From a virus (Duplodnaviria > Caudoviricetes), in the IMG/VR virus record IMGVR_UViG_3300018083_000005, positions 1 to 57,639 of that record: a DNA stretch of 57,639 nt; one strand, written 5' to 3'. Made by a program: the position numbers and the translations under genes. Shown here in pieces: positions 29,056 to 37,062 of the stretch. Each line of letters opens with the position of its first letter. Position 1 is the stretch's first letter. The notes under the pieces are model-generated. The model searched no databases. It was not told the origin of the DNA and was given only the letters and a program-made list of their open reading frames with translations.

Positions 29056-29711
29056 TGGCTGATATTCGACAGAGTAGTGTAATCCAGGATGATTTCAACC
29101 GTGTTGAAAACCCTCTATCACATGGTGGAGACTGGACTAACCCGGATACCTTCTGGAACCCACTAGAGGCAAACGGAAGTCAAGCACGAATTTCAACAGG
29201 AGTGTATTGTAACTCGGCCTGGACTTCAGAGGCATTATCGGGTGACAACGCCGAATGTTGGGCTTGGACAAAAGGTGGTAACTCTCCATCCCATGCGTGG
29301 GGCTTTCATCTATATACAACATCCAGTGTCGGCGGTAGTGGTGCATCCGATGGATACTTCTGGCGGATGGAGATTACAACGGGCGGCGGTACCTGCTATA
29401 TGTACAGACTGGACAACAATGCAGGAACAATCCTCGACACAGAGACTTCCAATCCCGGTACAGGGGGCGATTGGTACGGCCTTATTCGTCGCGTTGGAAC
29501 AACTCTGGAAGGATGGGCCTCCGGTGATTCCACAGGAGCTACCGGCTGGACACAATTCTTGAGTGCATCCGATGGTACCTATACTGGCCCGATGTATGCT
29601 GGTCTTAGCTGTGCAGGCTCACTGTTGGGGTTTGATTACTTCGGCTTCGGGAAGCAGATCAATCGCCCACAGATTTATCGCATAGTACGTGGTCAGATCA
29701 CAGTCGGATAG
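29055..29711 (+). CDS. lectin-like virion protein
   Basis: Start at TAATG overlap (MADIRQ); DDFNR...W, R-G-T, DGTYTG...G...FD-F-xG beta-sandwich pattern. Confidence 0.7.
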   Translation: MADIRQSSVIQDDFNRVENPLSHGGDWTNPDTFWNPLEANGSQARISTGVYCNSAWTSEALSGDNAECWAWTKGGNSPSHAWGFHLYTTSSVGGSGASDGYFWRMEITTGGGTCYMYRLDNNAGTILDTETSNPGTGGDWYGLIRRVGTTLEGWASGDSTGATGWTQFLSASDGTYTGPMYAGLSCAGSLLGFDYFGFGKQINRPQIYRIVRGQITVG

Positions 29712-29723
29712 GGGGAAGACTGT

Positions 29724-30188
29724 ATGAGTACAATACTCGCCATCGTTATCACTAGTATTCTCGGGCCTTGTGTACTGATGTTACTTACTGGTCATCAGCG
29801 TAGCAAGGAAAAGCAAGAAGATTGGCGACGAGAAGATATAGTTGCAGAGAAAGCAGCAGAGGCAGCAAAGTTGCTCCTAGCGGAGAACAAGAAGGTTGCT
29901 GCTAGTGCTAAGGAGGCTAGTGGTAAACTAGACGCGATCCATATACTTGTCAATTCAAACATGACAGCAGCAATGGAAGCACAGCTAGTTGCATTACAGG
30001 GACAACTAGTGGTAATGAATCGTTTAGCTAAAATTGAAGACCCGACCGTTAATGAGCAAGCTGCTATTAATGTCGTCCAGAAGCAGATTGCAGAACTTAC
30101 CGCAACAGTACGGGATCGCCTAGCTGCTACTACCAAAGTTGAGCAAGCAGAAGTAGCAGAAAAAGCAGCAGCACAGGGGGGCGAGTGA
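29724..30188 (+). CDS. membrane-anchored coiled-coil protein (lysis-associated)
   Basis: N-terminal TM segment, IH-LVNS motif, coiled coil. Confidence 0.7.
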   Translation: MSTILAIVITSILGPCVLMLLTGHQRSKEKQEDWRREDIVAEKAAEAAKLLLAENKKVAASAKEASGKLDAIHILVNSNMTAAMEAQLVALQGQLVVMNRLAKIEDPTVNEQAAINVVQKQIAELTATVRDRLAATTKVEQAEVAEKAAAQGGE

Positions 30189-30388
30189 AAACGGTCATTT
30201 TATCTTATCCCAATGGAGTTCATAGAGAGGAATTGTTGGCAGGAATCCCTCGCAAGGGTGACCATCTTCAACTGCCAAACGGTCGTGACTATAAAGACTA
30301 CATAGTAGAACAGGTTACTTTTTTACCTGCTCAGACAGGTGACCCTGAGCCATCTGTAATGCTGACAATTCGGGAATATCCGACTTGA
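30185..30388 (+). CDS. small hypothetical protein
   Basis: GTGA overlap; IPRKGD motif. Confidence 0.7.
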   Translation: MKTVILSYPNGVHREELLAGIPRKGDHLQLPNGRDYKDYIVEQVTFLPAQTGDPEPSVMLTIREYPT

Positions 30389-30558
30389 GTAAGCAAAGCA
30401 TAGCTATGGTAATCGCAATTGGAATAACGATTGTGTGAGTAGCGGCGATCATTGGAGGTATCATCCGCAGAGATTGGACGGCTCTTAACACCATTACGCC
30501 AGTTATGCTCACTGTGTGCGGTTGGCTTTATATCCGGCGAAACGGCAACGGAAAATAG
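30385..30558 (+). pseudogene. two-TM holin-like ORF interrupted by in-frame TGA (30436-30438)
   Basis: MSKQSIAMVIAIGITIV*VAAIIGGIIRRDWTALNTITPVMLTVCGWLYIRRNGNGK; fills the operon gap exactly. Confidence 0.65.
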
Positions 30559-30566
30559 GAGAGAAC

Positions 30567-30638
30567 ATGCTTTGGACAATCTTGATCATCTTGCTAATAG
30601 TCATAGCTGCAATCTGGATCGTTAACCACCTACGCTGA
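30567..30638 (+). CDS. 23-aa membrane peptide
   Basis: MLWTILIILLIVIAAIWIVNHLR; AGGAG RBS; TGATG overlap with endolysin. Confidence 0.75.
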   Translation: MLWTILIILLIVIAAIWIVNHLR

Positions 30639-31462
30639 TGCTTACCGAGAGACAAGTTCCCTATACAGGGCCATACGGTCTAACGACAGGGCCATACAAG
30701 TCGCGTGGGCCTACGGCAGAAGCGTGTAAACGCTTCATGGGTCGTATCGGACTTATGGATTGGCATGACTATGATCGGCATTGGAATGCCACACTTGGCG
30801 CTGCCATGGCGAAATACAAGAAGAAGCATGGTCTGTCTGCCGATCCGTCGTATGGCAAGTTGGTATGGGCTGTTATGCGCTCACAGAAGGTTCCATCGGG
30901 TCGTCCCAATGCGGGAGAATATGCCTTCGACTTCTATGCGCGAAAGCTGATTCAAGACGAAGCCCGTGTAACCTCTGATTCAGAGATTATGGATCAAGTG
31001 CAGTATCACATTCGCCAATTCTGGCTCAAGGCAATCGCTCACAATGAAATCTGGCACTACGATCAGGGTAGACCAAAGGATACAACCGTAGACCCTGAAA
31101 AGGGTGGATACTCTGACTGTTCAATGATGGTCATTCAGGCTGTGCGCTATGCCTGGACTATGACGGATCATGAGACTCTTGATCCTGCAAAGTGGAAGTT
31201 CACAGGATGGGGCAATACAGACTGGTACGAAGATGATTGGCCCAGAATTGGTCAGCCTTATCGCATAGGTGACCTAGCTCATTTCCAAAATGAGCGGCAC
31301 GTAATCCAATGCATTAAGGAGGGAAATGTCGATACAGCACAATGGGGTTCAAATGGATCGGAGAGAGCGCCAGAGCTAATTGGTTCGCTTCGTAGTTACT
31401 ATCGCTATCCAGATGAATTCATGTTCGTCGTCAGACCACAACTAATACCGGAGGAGTCATAA
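30638..31462 (+). CDS. endolysin: peptidoglycan-binding domain plus NlpC/P60-like peptidase
   Basis: AM-xYKKKHGL-xD-xxYG-xxW PG-binding-like motif; SDCS catalytic Cys, GDL, HV. Confidence 0.8.
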   Translation: MLTERQVPYTGPYGLTTGPYKSRGPTAEACKRFMGRIGLMDWHDYDRHWNATLGAAMAKYKKKHGLSADPSYGKLVWAVMRSQKVPSGRPNAGEYAFDFYARKLIQDEARVTSDSEIMDQVQYHIRQFWLKAIAHNEIWHYDQGRPKDTTVDPEKGGYSDCSMMVIQAVRYAWTMTDHETLDPAKWKFTGWGNTDWYEDDWPRIGQPYRIGDLAHFQNERHVIQCIKEGNVDTAQWGSNGSERAPELIGSLRSYYRYPDEFMFVVRPQLIPEES

Positions 31463-31710
31463 TGCTAGAACCACATTGGGTACAGTTCCATGATGGTGCA
31501 GGTAACTCATTCCCCATGCTCGTCACGCAACATGGTGCAGAGGAGCATGTAGGTGGTGCAGTGTTCTGTGCAGAGTCGCCGCCTGAGAGCGATGCAGGAC
31601 TACAGGAAGGTTGGAATAACCGCGTTCATATCGGACGTGGTGATGTAAGCAAGGGAGCTTCGTGGTCACCTATCGACGGCGTTGATCCCGGCGACGTAGA
31701 GGAGGGCTAA
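31462..31710 (+). CDS. small hypothetical protein
   Basis: GGAGGAG RBS, coupled both sides. Confidence 0.75.
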   Translation: MLEPHWVQFHDGAGNSFPMLVTQHGAEEHVGGAVFCAESPPESDAGLQEGWNNRVHIGRGDVSKGASWSPIDGVDPGDVEEG

Positions 31711-32105
31711 TGTCAATCGCTGCTCAAGGTTGGGTTAAAGCAGGAGTCGCATTGATCATGGCGATCCTTGCGGCTTTGACCGTTGCACTTACGGGCAAGA
31801 CCGACATTGGAGATATCGACACGCAAACGTGGTTGATTGCTCTAGGCGCAGTTCTCGCGTCTGGTGCGTTGGTAGCATTCGTAGACAACGTGCCTGGTAT
31901 CTACGGTGGGGCAATCAAATCGTTCATCGGCGCAGCGGGTGCATTCGTTACAGCACTCGTCCCGGCATTCGATGATCGTGTGGTTTCACAGCTAGAGCTA
32001 CTGACGGCAGTTAGCGCATTCGTCGCAGCACTAGCATTGGTGTACCAGATTCCACAGCCGCCTGAGTCGAATCCTGCACCATCTTCACCCACTGATGGGG
32101 GCTAA
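31710..32105 (+). CDS. holin-like protein (four TM, internal duplication)
   Basis: Two K-A/S...-D...-W/L-...-[VI]P units, strongly hydrophobic. Confidence 0.8.
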   Translation: MSIAAQGWVKAGVALIMAILAALTVALTGKTDIGDIDTQTWLIALGAVLASGALVAFVDNVPGIYGGAIKSFIGAAGAFVTALVPAFDDRVVSQLELLTAVSAFVAALALVYQIPQPPESNPAPSSPTDGG

Positions 32106-32198
32106 ATGAACATCAATATCAGTATTGATACCTTGTTGCTCGTCGGTATCTTTGTAGTCTTGCTGATTGCTGCAATCAGCGACAGCGTGAGCCTCTAG
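32106..32198 (+). CDS. 30-aa membrane peptide
   Basis: MNINISIDTLLLVGIFVVLLIAAISDSVSL abutting the holin stop. Confidence 0.65.
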   Translation: MNINISIDTLLLVGIFVVLLIAAISDSVSL

Positions 32199-32215
32199 AA
32201 CATCAGGGGCTAACG

Positions 32216-32308
32216 GGATCAAGGCCATAGAGGGCAAACGACCAAGTAGCGGTCGGCTCGGTGCTGCAACCTTGATCCATGGTAATGCGCTGCTCTAGCG
32301 TTGCCAGG
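32216..32308 (+). ncRNA. candidate structured RNA after the lysis genes
   Basis: GGATCAAGG...CCTTGATCC closing stem, inner CGACC/GGTCG hairpin, then TGGTAATGC/GCGTTGCCA hairpin whose G-U pairs work on the + strand. Confidence 0.45.
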
Positions 32309-32315
32309 GTGAGGC

Positions 32316-32354
32316 ATAGGGGGTACCCGTTTCTCTCCTGCGGGTACCCCCTAT
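32316..32354. terminator. terminator between the convergent arms
   Basis: ATAGGGGGTACCCG...CGGGTACCCCCTAT 14-bp stem. Confidence 0.85.
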
Positions 32355-32394
32355 TAATTCACTAGGCGTCGGCCAATCAATAGTAACCACCCCC

Positions 32395-32901
32395 TTACCA
32401 CTGCATCTTCTCCCATATTTGATCTACTTCCAACATTTCAAACGTCAACTCATCATGATTGAAGTATTGACCACCGGCTCCAAAGTTGGCCCACTGCAAT
32501 AGATGCCGGGTCGCATCCCGCCCGTGCTGCATGCCAACCTTGTAGCAGCCGATCTTCTTTAGCTCATCATCCTTATAGAATGACTTGCCTGTTGAGGGTG
32601 ATTGCTTACTTGCAAGTATGATAGGTTCATGTCTCTCAATGAACAGTTCGATTATTCCTATCATCTTAACAGGAGTCAGGTCTAGCCCTGCTCTGGCATA
32701 GTTGCGGTACTGGAAATCCTCGTAGATGATGTTCGCATGGTCTTCTGTAGAACTAAGGAAATCCGACAGCAAAATGTACAGTTCTTGGAGCGTATACTTC
32801 TGCTCATGGGGTGCTAAGTACAGTATTTCCGACTCGTCGCGCTTCACCCCAAAGCATACTCCTGTGGTGATACCTGGATCAAGTGCAATTATTGATTCCA
32901 C
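32395..32901 (-). CDS. RuvC-like Holliday junction resolvase
   Basis: IIALDPGITTG, IIYEDF, HGRDA acidic motifs. Confidence 0.85.
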   Translation of the reverse strand: MESIIALDPGITTGVCFGVKRDESEILYLAPHEQKYTLQELYILLSDFLSSTEDHANIIYEDFQYRNYARAGLDLTPVKMIGIIELFIERHEPIILASKQSPSTGKSFYKDDELKKIGCYKVGMQHGRDATRHLLQWANFGAGGQYFNHDELTFEMLEVDQIWEKMQW

Positions 32902-33138
32902 TCAGGAACCGCCCCCTTCACCGGACGCCTGTGCGCCGTTCTGACGGGCCTCCCCGCGTTCCGGCCCGTAGTCCGCAAAGTCCCTCGGAGCCTGGGAGGG
33001 AGCCGCCTGCGCTCGCCCTGTGGACGACAGCCGCTCAGCTTCTACCCGGTCGGCAGCGGCCAGGATGCCCTCGTTCCAGAAGGTCTTGGCTTGCATGATA
33101 TCTAGATAAACATGCGTTGGATCGCGTGTATCTTTCAT
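32902..33138 (-). CDS. hypothetical protein
   Basis: MKDTRDPT... after GAGG RBS. Confidence 0.6.
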   Translation of the reverse strand: MKDTRDPTHVYLDIMQAKTFWNEGILAAADRVEAERLSSTGRAQAAPSQAPRDFADYGPERGEARQNGAQASGEGGGS

Positions 33139-33434
33139 CTTTTCCTCTCGTCGCTCCATGAAAACGATACACCATCTGCGGGTGAAGTGTAAACATGGTC
33201 GCCTTCGTGTAAGTTCTTACGTTGACATGTCTCACCATATCTTGTTCGGGCAACACACAGACCTTCTGAACGCTGATCCGCTCCGCGCAAAAATACACGA
33301 AAGGCGAGTCGGCATCCTTGGCACAAATCGATTTCGCTGTCGTCCTTACCCCATTCGATTTGAACTGAAGCATACTCCTCGCCGGGGATTACTGCTTCGC
33401 ATCTGTCACACAATCTTGTCTGTGTGATACTCAT
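33135..33434 (-). CDS. zinc-binding protein (CDRC...EIDLCQGC)
   Basis: Two CxxC pairs plus C-terminal C/C/H/H; ATGA overlaps. Confidence 0.7.
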   Translation of the reverse strand: MSITQTRLCDRCEAVIPGEEYASVQIEWGKDDSEIDLCQGCRLAFRVFLRGADQRSEGLCVARTRYGETCQRKNLHEGDHVYTSPADGVSFSWSDERKR

Positions 33435-33733
33435 TCCGCACTTTCCCAATAGTCGGCAGCGATACCAGTATCAGGTGCCGGTTCAGTTCCCAGTGCTTTG
33501 TCGAGAGCAACAAGGGCGCGGCCTAGATTAGTACCCGGTACAAATTCTGCTCCATACTCGACCGCATCTTCTGCCGTCTCTAACACTTCCACGATCTGTG
33601 GAAGCGCAGTACGGCGGAAGTCGCGTATGTCGGAAGGTGTCCCTCCGGGCTGGTCGTAATGCCACGGAGCCGCGAAACTCTCAGCCATGATTGCCTTTAG
33701 TTTTTCGCTTGCACTCACTTTGCTTCTCCCCAT
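33431..33733 (-). CDS. hypothetical protein
   Basis: 100-aa ORF in operon. Confidence 0.65.
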   Translation of the reverse strand: MGRSKVSASEKLKAIMAESFAAPWHYDQPGGTPSDIRDFRRTALPQIVEVLETAEDAVEYGAEFVPGTNLGRALVALDKALGTEPAPDTGIAADYWESAE

Positions 33734-36180
33734 GTAGGGCCGACACCGAATTCTGCTACGAATGGCAGTGTCCAGCCTAGTTCGTCAAGGGCCACAGAGG
33801 ACATTACTTGTTCGCAGACTGTAGAGTATTCTTCGATGTACGCCTGCTCAACGTCTGCAACGATTGAGTCGTGAACCAGAATGCAAATTGAAGCCCTGGA
33901 TCGATCGATTTCATCAGCAAGCCTAATTGCAGCACAGAGGGTGAGGTCGGACGCAGTGCTTTGCGGATAGAAGTTAATTCCTTCCCGGTAAGCAGCTTGG
34001 AGGTTTTCACGTGTAAGTAGATGGAACCGTCTTTTTCGCCCGAAAGGTGAAACGAGTACATGCTTGGTTTTGACTTCACGTCTTACTTCATCCTCCCATT
34101 CCTCTACACCTTTGAATGTTTGCCACACCCATGCTATGTAGGGTTCTGCTAGTCGTTTAGGAATACCGTGCTTCTCTTGGAATGTATCCGCACTCTGCCC
34201 ATAGAATACACCGAAGTTTACGTTTTTGCAGGTCGAGTATTGCTCGTCAGTATAGTCTGCCCCAAAGAACTTGGTTGCAGTCTCCCTGTGGAGTGATAGG
34301 TTGTTACGGTAAATTCGTGTAAGCTCTGTATCGCCCGAAAACTGAGCGATACATCGAAGTTCCGCCTGCGAGAAGTCTGCTTGTACAATTTGTCGGCCAG
34401 GAGAGGCGCGAAATAGTTTACGGATATCCGGCAGTCCCTCTTTCGACCGCGTGATATTTTGCAAGTTAGGTTTACTAGACGAGAGCCGCCCACTGTTCGT
34501 GCCATGTAGGTTGAGCTGAGTGTAAATCCGAGAATCTTCATCTAGCTCTGCTCTTTGGATGAGTCCGACGAGGTACGTCCCATCTTGTTTGACAAGTTTT
34601 TGGTAGCGGTCGTAAGATTCTGTAAAGCTAATGTAGAACTTCTTGCGTTCGTCGCTATCCTCCGCAGTGACAGAGCGTACAATGTTGCCTTCACGTTGAA
34701 CCACTGTCTCTCCCCGAAACTTAAATCGTCCTTCGATGATTTCTTTTCGTGCTGAGTCATCGATACTCCTCTCTGGGTTGGGCATGTTCTTCAGTGGCTT
34801 ACGCTTCTGCATCGCATGCTTGATACCCCATACGTCATAGTACAGATGCGACATTTGCTTAGGCGATCCGACATTGAGCAATGGATTACCGGCATGCTGC
34901 TGTAGCTGCTTGGCAATCTCCTCTAACTCAGGCAGTACCTCAAACTCATGGATATCACCAGCGCGTACAGAATCATAGATCATGCCGTCCAGTTCTACAT
35001 CGGTGCAAAAGCTATTACCTCGTAATAGTAGGTGGCTATAGGCCCGGAGTACATCGTCTCTTTCTGCGCGAGGGTACTGCTCCCCGAAAAGTTGGAAAGT
35101 GCCGCCAACGTCCATTCCCGCATACCTATAGAATTCATCGTAGTCTGTGACGACTCCGGATTTCTTGGCCGCTTCAACAGCAGGACTGGAATAATGAGGC
35201 CATCCAAAAGTATCCATGAGTAGATAGTCGAGGCCATGTACCCCAATTCGCTCGTCCGTACCATTACGTTCATCGAGCGCATATGAGAGGAGCATAGTGT
35301 CATGATCTACTCTGGCTTCGATTCCGTAGGTGTGACGTAGGATTTTAGTGTCAAACTTACCGCCGTGATAGATGAAAACTCGCCCTTGCTCATTTCGTAG
35401 GACGTTGGAAAGATCCTTAATTGCATCCGGGGATCGCCAAGCTCCACCGCGCTCGCCACATACAATGGCATTGCTTCCGTCAATAGAGAATTGGACGCTA
35501 ATAAGAGTTGCTTTGTGAGATAGTCCGCCTCTGGATTCGATATCGACAGCGATATGTCCTTGGTACCGTGCCAAATCTCTAAGCGTTCTTCTAATTTCTC
35601 CAACATCTTCGATTACCTCTACTATTGGCAGGGTGGGGGGAGGTAGCGGATTGAACGCTCTTTGGAAGTCCCTTTTAAGGTCGGGGAATTTTGAGTCGTC
35701 GTGGAGGACGATTGCAGGGTTGTTAGTTGCCACCACCGTCCTGCCTCCGATGCTATGACGATATCCCCTATATCTTGAGATAGAGCCTCGTCCAATAAGG
35801 AGCTTAACTGCTTCATCTCCCGCCGCGACAACTGTATCAATACCTCGGAGTTCGTGTTCCAGACGAGGAGCGCAGGCTTTAATGGCTTCTGGCGGAATTT
35901 TCCCATCTGGTGCCACACAGAGAACAGTGTTAGTAAGAAGAACTTGCTCACGTTTCACCCCATTCATTCCGAGTAGGTAGTCCATGATCTTGCCACTACC
36001 ATACTGGCTTGCAAATGGCTCTCCCGCGATGACTTCAGGCTTGCCCGGTGAGCGCGAAACCACGGCACCCCGCACAGGGTGCATGGTGGGCTTCCGGGTC
36101 TTCACGCAGGGTGCATCTGCGAGAGGACATTCATGACATAGTGCGTGTGGTGCTTTAGCTGCTACTGCCGATGTAGCCAT
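33715..36180 (-). CDS. polA: family A DNA polymerase with N-terminal UDG-like domain and 3'-5' exonuclease
   Basis: VDIES / KFD / YAGMD exo motifs; SGRLSS..PNLQNI, DFSQAELR, KNVNFGVFYG, VHDS; N-terminal family-4 UDG fold with four Cys. Confidence 0.97.
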   Translation of the reverse strand: MATSAVAAKAPHALCHECPLADAPCVKTRKPTMHPVRGAVVSRSPGKPEVIAGEPFASQYGSGKIMDYLLGMNGVKREQVLLTNTVLCVAPDGKIPPEAIKACAPRLEHELRGIDTVVAAGDEAVKLLIGRGSISRYRGYRHSIGGRTVVATNNPAIVLHDDSKFPDLKRDFQRAFNPLPPPTLPIVEVIEDVGEIRRTLRDLARYQGHIAVDIESRGGLSHKATLISVQFSIDGSNAIVCGERGGAWRSPDAIKDLSNVLRNEQGRVFIYHGGKFDTKILRHTYGIEARVDHDTMLLSYALDERNGTDERIGVHGLDYLLMDTFGWPHYSSPAVEAAKKSGVVTDYDEFYRYAGMDVGGTFQLFGEQYPRAERDDVLRAYSHLLLRGNSFCTDVELDGMIYDSVRAGDIHEFEVLPELEEIAKQLQQHAGNPLLNVGSPKQMSHLYYDVWGIKHAMQKRKPLKNMPNPERSIDDSARKEIIEGRFKFRGETVVQREGNIVRSVTAEDSDERKKFYISFTESYDRYQKLVKQDGTYLVGLIQRAELDEDSRIYTQLNLHGTNSGRLSSSKPNLQNITRSKEGLPDIRKLFRASPGRQIVQADFSQAELRCIAQFSGDTELTRIYRNNLSLHRETATKFFGADYTDEQYSTCKNVNFGVFYGQSADTFQEKHGIPKRLAEPYIAWVWQTFKGVEEWEDEVRREVKTKHVLVSPFGRKRRFHLLTRENLQAAYREGINFYPQSTASDLTLCAAIRLADEIDRSRASICILVHDSIVADVEQAYIEEYSTVCEQVMSSVALDELGWTLPFVAEFGVGPTWGEAK

Positions 36181-36389
36181 GTCTTCCCTGTACAGTCCTT
36201 ACCACAAGCCGTCTTATCATTATAGTCGTAATGCGGGATATGGAGTAGACCAGATCGTATGTTGAATATCCAAAGATACTTCTCAGAATAGTATACTTGA
36301 GTTTTTCCACAAGCTACGCATCTATCCTTGACAGCGTAGACTACATCGTTGTACTCGTCGCGGACTGATATCAGGGTGTCTACGGCCAT
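36162..36389 (-). CDS. small Cys-containing hypothetical protein
   Basis: MAVDTLISVRDE...CVAC...TACG. Confidence 0.6.
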   Translation of the reverse strand: MAVDTLISVRDEYNDVVYAVKDRCVACGKTQVYYSEKYLWIFNIRSGLLHIPHYDYNDKTACGKDCTGKTWLHRQ

Positions 36390-36490
36390 AATTGCCAAAC
36401 CACTAACATGAGTAGTGCCCAGAATATGAAGCTGATAAATAGCGCAAACCAGCAACCAACTTCGGGTGGATATTTTTGGTACTTACTCAC
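36380..36490 (-). CDS. 36-aa membrane peptide
   Basis: MSKYQKYPPEVGCWFALFISFIFWALLMLVVWQLWP, overlapping both neighbours. Confidence 0.55.
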   Translation of the reverse strand: MSKYQKYPPEVGCWFALFISFIFWALLMLVVWQLWP

Positions 36491-36707
36491 CAGTCTTGTC
36501 GATCTTCATGAAGTTGCTGAAATACTTGTCAATGATTTCCTCTGCATTATGCTTCTGGGTGTACTGCTCGGATTGGGCGATAGGCTCACCGTTGTTTGCG
36601 ACCAGACGGAAGTAGTAGTGAGTCTCAAACGTAGGCTTGCGAACTAGCAGTTGCCAGGTCTTCTTTTCGATGATTGCCTTACCCTGTGGGATGATAACTT
36701 CAGTCAT
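36483..36707 (-). CDS. YegP/DUF1508-family protein
   Basis: YYFRLVANNGEPIAQSEQYTQKHNAEE signature; GAGGAG RBS. Confidence 0.85.
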   Translation of the reverse strand: MTEVIIPQGKAIIEKKTWQLLVRKPTFETHYYFRLVANNGEPIAQSEQYTQKHNAEEIIDKYFSNFMKIDKTGE

Positions 36708-36708
36708 G

Positions 36709-37062
36709 TCACTCCTCGTAGTATTGGGATTCCGGGGGCATGGGCACGATATCGTCATACAGGTGTGGGATGCCTAGTCCTGTAATCAGTTTGTCGGCGG
36801 ATGACTGTGAGATAGGCTCTCCACGTAGTGCCGCTGCAACTGTGCGCTCTGATAGGTTACAGCGAGCGGCAATAGCACCAAGAGACTCATGGTTATCGAT
36901 AGATTGTTGTATAAACGGGATCAGCGGTCTACTATCCACTGCGCTCTTTCCGAGAGAGGGAGAATACATCCTTCGATGTATGAATTCAATACGAACGTCA
37001 AGTATCCTTCGTAGTTCCTTGAGTTGCCGCATTTCAGCTTGGAGTAGATCAATCTCTTTCAT
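36709..37062 (-). CDS. XRE-like HTH DNA-binding protein
   Basis: SLGAIAARCNLSERTVAAALRGE...ADKLITGLG; N-terminal coiled coil. Confidence 0.75.
   Translation of the reverse strand: MKEIDLLQAEMRQLKELRRILDVRIEFIHRRMYSPSLGKSAVDSRPLIPFIQQSIDNHESLGAIAARCNLSERTVAAALRGEPISQSSADKLITGLGIPHLYDDIVPMPPESQYYEE

Noticed and set aside
30436-30438. Genome-wide UGA recoding
   Set aside because: Many genes end in TGA with ATGA/TGATG coupling, long genes are intact in code 11, and no suppressor tRNA was seen.
36709-37062. Temperate lifestyle with this HTH as immunity repressor
   Set aside because: No integrase, ParA or att site recognised, and the gene sits inside the replication operon.
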